A stretch of 34,729 bases of DNA, taken from NCBI GenBank assembly GCA_030615045.1, contig JAUWZY010000001.1, positions 1 to 34,729 on the forward strand, read 5' to 3'. Made by a program: the position numbers and the translations under genes. The notes under the pieces are model-generated. The model was not told the origin of the DNA. It saw only the letters and a list, made by a program, of their open reading frames with translations, and searched no databases. The stretch is from Chloroflexota bacterium (lineage in GTDB: Bacteria; Chloroflexota; Dehalococcoidia; SZUA-161; JAUWZY01). Below, one piece after another: positions 7,658 to 14,482 of the stretch. Within the stretch, counting starts at the first letter, position 1, and each line of letters begins with the position of its first letter.

Positions 7658-7863
7658 CCCGGGCCGGCGTTCCTGCATTTACTCACGTTCGGAAGCACCC
7701 CTTCCTCCTCCTTCCAGGGGAGGCGGCGCTATGACCACCTCCAATTTTATCTCCGCCATGGACTGACTTTGCCAAGTGCGAAGCATTTGACCAAACCGGG
7801 TGAGGCGCAAGCCCGCGTTAGATGAAGTCACAGCTTATTTTTGGGGCAAGGAAACCACTTCGA

Positions 7864-8298
7864 TTATTTCTCAGCTCTTTCCGGGAAAAGTCTTCTGAAC
7901 TCTTTATACATACACCTGTCTTGAATAAAGACGATGCCCATCTCCTCAGCGAGTTCTCGGGCTTCTTCATTTTCAATACCTTCCTGAAGCCAGATCACCG
8001 CTATATCCCCTCTCTCTTTCTTCCTTGCCAGGGCGTCTTTAACGACATCGACCACATCAGCGGAAGGGCGGAAAACCTCTACGATGTCAATTCTTTCCTC
8101 GATTTCCTTCAGACCGGGATAGCTTTTTCGACCGATAATCTTATCCGCATAGGGATTTACAGGAATGATGTTGTAGCCCTTTGATAGCAGATAGGCAGGC
8201 ACCGAGTGAGCAGGTTCCTCGGGATTCCTAGACATCCCGTATACAGCAATATTTCGATATTTTTGAAAGATTTCCCGAATGAGCTCATCTTTTGCCAT
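7864..8298 (-). CDS. CoA-binding domain protein (YccU/YneT-like)
   Basis: MAKDELIREIFQKYRNIAVYGMSRNPEEPAHSVPAYLLSKGYNIIPVNPYADKIIGRKSYPGLKEIEERIDIVEVFRP is the classic CoA_binding_2 layout. The track ORF extends to a TTG at 8364, but the family N-terminus matches the ATG at 8298. Confidence 0.8.
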   Translation of the reverse strand: MAKDELIREIFQKYRNIAVYGMSRNPEEPAHSVPAYLLSKGYNIIPVNPYADKIIGRKSYPGLKEIEERIDIVEVFRPSADVVDVVKDALARKKERGDIAVIWLQEGIENEEARELAEEMGIVFIQDRCMYKEFRRLFPERAEK

Positions 8299-8399
8299 AA
8301 TCTGAACCCCATGCCTTCTGGCATGGCTACCTGCCGCCGTTTTGCCCGACAGCGGTACAGACAAACTTTGACTTCGCCCGATCCGCTATTGCAGGTGGA

Positions 8400-8428
8400 A
8401 TTGTAGCATCTACTACAATGACCGTCAA
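8400..8428 (-). promoter_or_regulatory. candidate promoter for the CoA-binding protein gene
   Basis: The minus sense reads TTGACG (8428-8423), a 17-nt spacer, then TACAAT (8405-8400). Confidence 0.5.
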
Positions 8429-8531
8429 ACGCAGTGCGCTGGGCTGACGATCAATCACGGGCATGGAAACTCTCGGCGGAAATTTCTATCTTCCGGGCTG
8501 CGATTTTCATCAAGAATCTTCCACTTACCTC

Positions 8532-8561
8532 TTGACAGGCCCGCTTGCCATTGGCTATAAT
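8532..8561 (+). promoter_or_regulatory. candidate promoter for hisF
   Basis: TTGACA (8532-8537), an 18-nt spacer, then TATAAT (8556-8561). Confidence 0.6.
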
Positions 8562-8615
8562 AGCAAACGGCAACCTATTGCCATTAGGTGGCAATTTTTT
8601 CAGGAGGTCTGTTAT

Positions 8616-9386
8616 ATGGAAAAGGTGAGGATCATACCTTGTTTAGATGTAAAGGACGGCAGGGTAGTCAAAGGAATAAGGTTTGTCGACCTGAGGGACG
8701 CAGCTGACCCTGTAGAGGCAGCGGCTGCCTACTGCCAGCAGGGCGCTGACGAGCTGGTTTTCTTGGATATCGCCGCCACCGTGGAAGGGCGAGGAACCAG
8801 GATCGAATGGGTAAAAAGGGTGCGCGAGGTGGCTACCATCCCCTTTGCTGTAGGAGGTGGGATCAGAGATATTGGCGATATGAAAGCCCTGTTCGACATA
8901 GGCTGCGATAAGATATCGATTAACACTGCCGCTGTGAGGAATCCCAACCTGATCAAACAGGCGGTCGAGCAATTCGGCGGGGAACGAATTGTGGTTGCTA
9001 TCGATGGGAGGAAGAACCCGGTCGGCGGCGGTCTGCCCAGGCTGGAGGTCGTGGTCAAAAGTGGTGAAGAGGCCACAGGGATGGATATCGTCGCCTGGGC
9101 GAGGAAGGCAGAGGAACTGGGGGCAGGCGAGATCCTGCTCACCAGCAAGGATGCCGATGGCACAAAGGAGGGCTATGACCTGGAGATGACCAAGGCAGTA
9201 GCGGAAGCAGTTAGCATCCCGATTATCGCCTCCGGGGGAGCAGGGAGGCTGGAGCACCTCTATGAAGCTGTCGTTTTGGGCAAAGCATCTGCCGTCCTTG
9301 CTGCCTCTGTTTTCCACTTCGGGGAGATCTCCATCCCTCAAGCAAAAAGATACCTGAAGGAGAAGGGGATACCAGTGACAACTTAG
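8616..9386 (+). CDS. hisF: imidazole glycerol phosphate synthase cyclase subunit HisF
   Basis: MEKVRIIPCLDVKDGRVVKGIRFVDLRDAADPVE...DELVFLDI...IPFAVGGGIR...ISINTAAV...VVAIDG...GAGEILLTSKDADGTKEGYDL...IPIIASGGAG is the canonical HisF barrel. ATG at 8616 lies 8 nt after CAGGAGG. The track ORF start at 8463 is an upstream extension. Confidence 0.9.
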   Translation: MEKVRIIPCLDVKDGRVVKGIRFVDLRDAADPVEAAAAYCQQGADELVFLDIAATVEGRGTRIEWVKRVREVATIPFAVGGGIRDIGDMKALFDIGCDKISINTAAVRNPNLIKQAVEQFGGERIVVAIDGRKNPVGGGLPRLEVVVKSGEEATGMDIVAWARKAEELGAGEILLTSKDADGTKEGYDLEMTKAVAEAVSIPIIASGGAGRLEHLYEAVVLGKASAVLAASVFHFGEISIPQAKRYLKEKGIPVTT

Positions 9387-9389
9387 GCC

Positions 9390-10397
9390 ATGGGGATAGA
9401 GATGATAGGATATGAACGATACGAAGTGGAGAGAAAAGTAATAGCAATCCTCAAGATACTAAGCGAGTCCCGCGAGCCTCTGGGAGCTAAGGTGATTGCC
9501 CAGCGACTGAAGGATTACGGCGTTGACCTTCGGGAGAGAGCAGTAAGGTACCACCTAAAGATCACGGACGAAAGGGGTCTCACCCAGCTCATAGGAAGAG
9601 ACGGGAGGTTGATCACTGAGTCAGGGATAGAAGAGCTGAAGAGTGCTCTGGTTGGTGACAAGGTTGGCTTTGTTATCAGCAAGATCGAGCTGCTGGCCTT
9701 CCAGACCTCCTTCGACTGGAAAACGCGCAGCGGTCATGTCCCGGTCAATGTTTCCCTTTTCCCCAAAGAACAATTCGACAAGGCTCGCAAGGCAATGAGC
9801 GATGCTTTCAAAGCAGGAATCTGTGTCAGCGATTCAGTAGCTATAGCTCGTGAAGGGGAAAGGTTAGCCGGAGTAACCGTGCCTGAAGGTAAGATCGGCT
9901 TTGCCACCGTATGTAGCATCATAATCAACGGGGCTCTGCTTAAAGCAGGCATCCCCATGGATTCGAAATTCGGTGGCCTGCTCCAAATAAGGAATGAGAA
10001 ACCTTTGCGATTTGTCGAACTCATCGAGTATGCCGGCTCTTCGCTCGATCCCTCGCAGGTATTCATCACCAGTAGAATGACCAGTGTAGGGGAAGCAGCC
10101 AGAAAAGGCGAAGGGAAGGTAGTGGCCAACTTTCGGCAGATACCGGCTTTATGCAGGCCTGTTGCCGAAAAAGTGGTCTCCGCATTAAGAGAAGCCGGGC
10201 TTGGCGGGCTGCTTATGATGGGAGACACAAGCCAGTCGGTGTGCGAAATCCCGGTGGAATTGAATAAGGTGGGCATTATACTCTTGGGCGGCCTCAACCC
10301 AGTGGCTGCCGCTGTAGAAGTCGGCATAGATGTGGAAAACAGGGCTATGAGCGGCGTCCTGGATTACCGGGACCTGGTAGGCTTCTGGCAGCTATAA
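9390..10397 (+). CDS. NrpR-like regulator (N-terminal winged helix + DUF128/NRD domain)
   Basis: ERKVIAILKILSESREPLGAKVIAQRLKDYGVDLRERAVRYHLKITDERGLTQLIGRDGRLITESGIEEL is the wHTH arrangement I recall for NrpR/COG1693 repressors of nif and glnA. One DUF128-like domain follows (VGFVISKIELLAFQTSFD...). This is a recollection-based family call. Confidence 0.65.
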   Translation: MGIEMIGYERYEVERKVIAILKILSESREPLGAKVIAQRLKDYGVDLRERAVRYHLKITDERGLTQLIGRDGRLITESGIEELKSALVGDKVGFVISKIELLAFQTSFDWKTRSGHVPVNVSLFPKEQFDKARKAMSDAFKAGICVSDSVAIAREGERLAGVTVPEGKIGFATVCSIIINGALLKAGIPMDSKFGGLLQIRNEKPLRFVELIEYAGSSLDPSQVFITSRMTSVGEAARKGEGKVVANFRQIPALCRPVAEKVVSALREAGLGGLLMMGDTSQSVCEIPVELNKVGIILLGGLNPVAAAVEVGIDVENRAMSGVLDYRDLVGFWQL

Positions 10398-10418
10398 AAG
10401 GATATAAGGAGGTGACCG

Positions 10419-11987
10419 ATGTCTTTGAGCAAGCCAAATACAAGTGCGGCAACGGTAACCACAACCAGGGTAGCGCCCTCGCCTACCTCTGGGCTATGCG
10501 TCACCTGTGTAGACGGCTGCCCAGGCTATTGCGAGGTGGGCAGGTCTGCTCTTCGAGGAAGGGAGATTATCTATCCTCAGCCCTTCGGGCAGGTCATCGC
10601 CGGGGCGGAGAAGGACTATCCCGTCGATTTCTCTCACTTCAATATCCAGGGAACCTGTGTGGGGGCAGTTGGCATCGAGGCAGACCCGGATAAAGCCGTC
10701 TTTCCTGCTGTCGATCTCTCGACCGAGATCGGCGCCACGGGGAGGAAGATCAGAATGAAGGTCCCCCTCTTCACCGGAACTCTGGGCTCGACTGAAATAG
10801 CCAGGGTGAATTGGGAAGGCACCGCTATCGGCGTAGCCATATGTGGAGCCGTGCTCGTCTGCGGGGAGAATGTCTGTGCCATGGATCCCAACGCCGAGTT
10901 TGAACAGGGAAGGGTTGTGAGATCCCCCGAGCTCGAAAGAAGGGTAAAGATATACCAGGACTGGTACCAAGGCTATGGGACAATCATTGTCCAGGCAAAC
11001 GTGGAGGATACTCGCCTCGGTGTCCCCGAATATGCGATAGAGAGACTTGGGGTTGAGGATATCGAAATAAAGTGGGGCCAAGGCGCCAAATCCATCGGTG
11101 GGGAGGTCAAGCTGCCGACCCTGGAGAGGGCCCTGGAACTCAAGCGAAGGGGATACTTGGTTATTCCTGACCCTGAAAATCCTGTAGTTCAAGAGGCTTA
11201 TAAGGTAGGGGGAATAACAGAATTCGAGAGGCACTCCCGCCTGGGAATGGTGGATGAGGATTCTTTCCTGAAGGAGGTGGAGAGGCTGAGGAGACTAGGC
11301 GCCAAGTATGTGACCCTGAAAACTGGAGCCTACCGAGCGCCTGATTTGGCTCGGGCGGTTAAATTCGCCTCCGAAGCCCAAATAGACCTCCTCACTGTGG
11401 ACGGCGCTGGCGGCGGCACGGCAATGAGCCCGTGGCGCATGATGAATGAATGGGGCATCCCCACGGTATACCTGGAAAGCCTACTTTATAGATTCCTCAC
11501 CAGGCTTGAAGCAAAAGGGGCATTTATCCCCAGCTGTGCTATTGCTGGTGGGCTCGCCCTCGAGGACCAGATTTTCAAAGCTATAGCCCTGGGAGCGCCC
11601 TTTGTAAAGGCGGTATGTATGGGGCGGGCGACCCTTACTGCGGCTATGGTGGGAAAGACACAGGGGCAGTTTTTGGAAGAGACCTATGGCCGAGGTAGTA
11701 GAGAGTACCAGGATGCCCTGCTTCGCACCTTCGTCGCAGCAGCACAGCTCAGGGAAGACTATGGAGAAGACTTCGAGAGGATACCGCCAGCGGCAGTAGC
11801 CGTCTATACTTATTACGACAGGCTGGCCACGGGCCTGAGACAACTGATGGCTGGGGCTCGTAAGTTTGCCCTCGATTTCATGGATAGAAATGACCTGATG
11901 GCGCTGACACGAGAGGCGGCGGATGTCTCGGGTATCCCTTATGTGATGGAGGCGGATATGGAGGAGGTGGAGAGGATTTTAGGGTGA
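10419..11987 (+). CDS. glutamate synthase-related FMN-binding protein (GltB domain-2 type, archaeal-like)
   Basis: The N-terminus has a Cys cluster (CVTCVDGCPGYCEVG). A TIM-barrel region follows with IEIKWGQGAKSIGGEVKL..., LLTVDGAGGGTAMSPW and AIAGGL...KAIALGAPFV.., typical of GltS FMN domains. There is a strong SD (AAGGAGGTG) before ATG 10419. Confidence 0.8.
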   Translation: MSLSKPNTSAATVTTTRVAPSPTSGLCVTCVDGCPGYCEVGRSALRGREIIYPQPFGQVIAGAEKDYPVDFSHFNIQGTCVGAVGIEADPDKAVFPAVDLSTEIGATGRKIRMKVPLFTGTLGSTEIARVNWEGTAIGVAICGAVLVCGENVCAMDPNAEFEQGRVVRSPELERRVKIYQDWYQGYGTIIVQANVEDTRLGVPEYAIERLGVEDIEIKWGQGAKSIGGEVKLPTLERALELKRRGYLVIPDPENPVVQEAYKVGGITEFERHSRLGMVDEDSFLKEVERLRRLGAKYVTLKTGAYRAPDLARAVKFASEAQIDLLTVDGAGGGTAMSPWRMMNEWGIPTVYLESLLYRFLTRLEAKGAFIPSCAIAGGLALEDQIFKAIALGAPFVKAVCMGRATLTAAMVGKTQGQFLEETYGRGSREYQDALLRTFVAAAQLREDYGEDFERIPPAAVAVYTYYDRLATGLRQLMAGARKFALDFMDRNDLMALTREAADVSGIPYVMEADMEEVERILG

Positions 11988-11998
11988 AGGAGGGGAAG

Positions 11999-12208
11999 AT
12001 GCTCAGAACTATCTGTTTGCAGAACTGTCCTTGTCCCTTCTGTATCTCAGCATGCCCTTCAGGTGCTCTGGCGGTGAAAGATAATCAGGTTGTGGTGGAA
12101 TCAGACAGGTGCCACGGATGTGGCGTGTGCCGCTATATGTGTATGACCTGGAGCAGAGACCATTCGATGAGGGCGAAGAGCGCAGCCTGGCTTGCAGGAA
12201 GAATGTAA
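11999..12208 (+). CDS. small 4Fe-4S ferredoxin-domain protein
   Basis: CPCPFCISACP and CHGCGVCRYMC are the cluster motifs. ATG 11999 lies 5 nt after AAGGAGG. The track start GTG 11984 overlaps the stop of the upstream gene and is an alternative start. Confidence 0.7.
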   Translation: MLRTICLQNCPCPFCISACPSGALAVKDNQVVVESDRCHGCGVCRYMCMTWSRDHSMRAKSAAWLAGRM

Positions 12209-12606
12209 ACTGTGCCCTAAGATAAACGAGCATTGTGGATGGAACAGGGGTGGCTTTATCTACTGGGCCGCTCCACGGCGAAGTGCCATGGCGCTGAAAT
12301 CACCATGGGCTACGAGGGGATGAGGATAGTCCTTTAAGGAGGTTCGAGTCCGGCCCGGGATGCGGAGTTGGCTCGAATGTGAAATTGCCCTGCCGAGTTG
12401 ATGTAGCGAATTATTAGATTTAGCCCTATCAGGGGCAGCGAACCACAAAAGTAGATTGAATGAGCTATATTTAGGTATAGGAAATGTAACAGTGGTAAAA
12501 GCTGTTGTCATTTAGTAAAATTAGGCAGTAGCTCATATACCTAATGTCGGTACGGTGGTGAACAAGATGACATTACAATCTACTGGGCTGAAGGGAGAGG
12601 AAAGCC

Positions 12607-13791
12607 ATGTTGAGTCATGTGGAAATTAAGAATTACAAGAGTCTCGCTTCCACTGTGGTCAATCTTGATAGTTTCACAGTGCTGGTAGGACCCAACGGGG
12701 CAGGTAAGAGCAACTTTGTAGACGCGCTACGCTTCGTCAACCAATGTCTCGTTTCCTCTATTACTCTGCCAATTCAGGATCGTGGTGGAATCGGTGCTGT
12801 GCGGCGACGCTCCAGGGGTCATCCCAGACATTTTGGCTTTCACTTAGGAATAGAGCTTCCCTCAGGGCTGTTCGCAGATTTCTCCTTTGAGATCGCTGCC
12901 CTGCCTAAAGGAGCCTTCGAGGTCAAACAGGAAAGATGCATCGTGCAATCTGCGCTGGGCAAAAGGGACCAGTATGAAGTAGAGGGCGGGAAGTTCAAGC
13001 GAGGAGTGGAGGGGATTAGGGCCAAGATCGAACCAGATCGTCTGGCCCTAACCGTGGTCTCTGCAGCAGAAGAGTTTCGCCCCGTATACGATTATTTGAG
13101 TGGCATGCGGTTCTATTCGTTGGCGCCAGATAAGATTCGTGAATTACAGGGAGCCGATCCGGGTGAGGTATTGGAGCGTAATGGCAGTAATGCCGCAGCA
13201 GTCCTGAGAGAGATCAGAAAGGAGAAGCCAGATAACTACGACCGACTTTGCCGGCTACTATCAAAGGTCGTTCCTGGCACCAAAAGTGCCGAGTATGTTT
13301 CAGTCGGGCAAAAGGAAACTATCCTCTTCAAACAGGAGGTAGAGGGGGATAGCGCGCTATGGGCCTTCGATTCATTGAGTATGTCAGATGGTACACTTCG
13401 AGTGTTAGGTATACTGCTGGCGGTATATCAGGTGTCACCCCCGACTCTAATCGCAATTGAGGAGCCTGAAGCCACCATTCACCCTGCGGCATTAGATGTG
13501 TTAGTGGATATACTCAAAGACGGCACACATCGAGCACAAATCCTGCTTACCACCCACAGCCCTGACATCTTGGATAATAAAAGCATCAAAGACAGTGAGA
13601 TTCTTGTCGTGGAGTCCATCAAGGGGAAAACCACTATAGCCCCGATGGATGGGAAGTCCCGTGATATGGTGCGTCAGCACCTATACACGGCTGGAGAGCT
13701 ACTCCGTTCCGGAGAATTGGAGCCTGATAGAGAAAAAGCCATGGAGTTGGGGGAGCAACTAAATCTATTTGGTCCAGTAAATTACTCATGA
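12607..13791 (+). CDS. ABC/SMC-like ATPase (AAA_15/AAA_21 type, OLD/PARIS-AriA/Septu-PtuA-like)
   Basis: The N-terminal strand-loop reads VEIKNYKSL...LVGPNGAGKSNFVDAL, with Walker A at nt 12688-12711. An ABC-signature-like LSMSDGTLRVLG, Walker B/D-loop LIAIEEPEATIHP and H-loop LLTTHSPDIL follow. SD GGGAGAGGAAAG precedes the ATG. Confidence 0.85.
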   Translation: MLSHVEIKNYKSLASTVVNLDSFTVLVGPNGAGKSNFVDALRFVNQCLVSSITLPIQDRGGIGAVRRRSRGHPRHFGFHLGIELPSGLFADFSFEIAALPKGAFEVKQERCIVQSALGKRDQYEVEGGKFKRGVEGIRAKIEPDRLALTVVSAAEEFRPVYDYLSGMRFYSLAPDKIRELQGADPGEVLERNGSNAAAVLREIRKEKPDNYDRLCRLLSKVVPGTKSAEYVSVGQKETILFKQEVEGDSALWAFDSLSMSDGTLRVLGILLAVYQVSPPTLIAIEEPEATIHPAALDVLVDILKDGTHRAQILLTTHSPDILDNKSIKDSEILVVESIKGKTTIAPMDGKSRDMVRQHLYTAGELLRSGELEPDREKAMELGEQLNLFGPVNYS

Positions 13792-14381
13792 CAGATTCAA
13801 TTGTGCCAATTGTCGAGGGACAGTCTGAGGTGGATTCAGTGCCGGTGCTAATGCGTCGCCTCCGAGACGAGTGGGGCAAATACCAACTGGAAATTGGAAA
13901 ACCGGTTCGGGTCAAACGCTACCAAGTCATTAAGGAGGGCGAGTTGGAAAGACGAGTTATGATGGCAATGCAACGCCCAAACTGTCGGGCTGTCATAGTA
14001 ATCCTCGATGCGGACGATGATTGTCCAAAGGATTTTGCGCCGAAGTTGTTAGAGCGGGCCAAACAAGCAGCACAAAATACACTTGTATCGGTTGTCTTGC
14101 CGAAGTCGGAGATGGAATCTTGGTTTGTGGGCAGCATCGAATCTCTGCGTGGCGTGTGTGGTATCTTAGACACAGCGTGTTCACCATCCGATCCTGAAGC
14201 CATACGCGATGCGAAGGGATTTCTAACTAGAGCGATGGAGGGGAGTCACCACTACCTTGAGGTAGATGACCAGCCTGCCTTTGCAGAGAAATTTGATCTA
14301 ACCCAGGCTCTTAGCAATTGTCGTTCGTTTAAGAAATTCTATAATGATTTCCGCAGAATCGTATGCTTGCTCACTCCATAG
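13788..14381 (+). CDS. small Toprim-like protein resembling the DUF4276 family
   Basis: The start overlaps the ATPase stop (ATGA). IVEGQSE (Glu codon at 13815-13817), VIVILDADDDCP (14007-14021) and KSEMESWF give the E...DxD acidic pattern of Toprim folds, in the order I recall for DUF4276. This is a family call from memory. Confidence 0.7.
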   Translation: MTDSIVPIVEGQSEVDSVPVLMRRLRDEWGKYQLEIGKPVRVKRYQVIKEGELERRVMMAMQRPNCRAVIVILDADDDCPKDFAPKLLERAKQAAQNTLVSVVLPKSEMESWFVGSIESLRGVCGILDTACSPSDPEAIRDAKGFLTRAMEGSHHYLEVDDQPAFAEKFDLTQALSNCRSFKKFYNDFRRIVCLLTP

Positions 14382-14482
14382 TGGTGGAACGCTTAAGCGG
14401 ATTCCCCTTCGCTTTGACAAGGTGGATTTCACCCTATCCCACAAGAGCGCGCTTTGTGCCGTTGGCTCGGGGAGCCAATCCA

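Noticed and set aside
7580-8184. The + strand ORFs 7580..7825 and 7822..8184.
   Set aside because: The first lies over the riboswitch 2 promoter and leader region and has an odd composition. The second is antisense to the CoA-binding protein gene. Neither has an SD or recognisable domains.
8463-8615. Long N-terminal extensions offered by the ORF track for hisF. The same applies to dnaJ (31921), the CoA-binding protein (8364), the zinc-ribbon gene (17424), rpoB (27770) and the radical SAM gene (29912).
   Set aside because: Family N-termini and SD spacing support the internal ATG starts. The hisF and dnaJ extensions would additionally run over the predicted promoters.
8643-9341. A 232-aa minus-strand ORF opposite hisF. 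Similar cases are 10494..11234 opposite the GltS-like gene, 9734..10327 opposite the NrpR-like gene, 31969..32583 opposite dnaJ, 19852..20541 across the valS/rpoC junction, and 4385..5044, 5549..6127 and 6559..7128 in the signalling locus.
   Set aside because: All are antisense shadows of well-supported genes and have no independent evidence.
12330-12362. Possible tRNA gene, suggested by GGTTCGAGTCC.
   Set aside because: The 3' strand of the T stem does not pair (GGAGG versus CCGGC). The upstream 70 nt cannot be folded into anticodon and D arms, and there is no matching acceptor stem. At best this is a remnant or a T-loop-containing RNA, and it is kept only as a low-confidence finding.
12260-12511. 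An 83-aa minus-strand ORF in the AT-rich spacer.
   Set aside because: It has no SD and no motifs, it spans the compositional break, and it would point into the end of the ferredoxin gene.
12258-12588. An 11-bp direct repeat ATCTACTGGGC at 12258-12268 and 12578-12588, flanking the AT-rich spacer in a way that resembles a MITE target-site duplication.
   Set aside because: No terminal inverted repeats lie inside the repeats. A rough expectation is that a few 11-mer pairs within 400 nt arise by chance in a 35-kb window.
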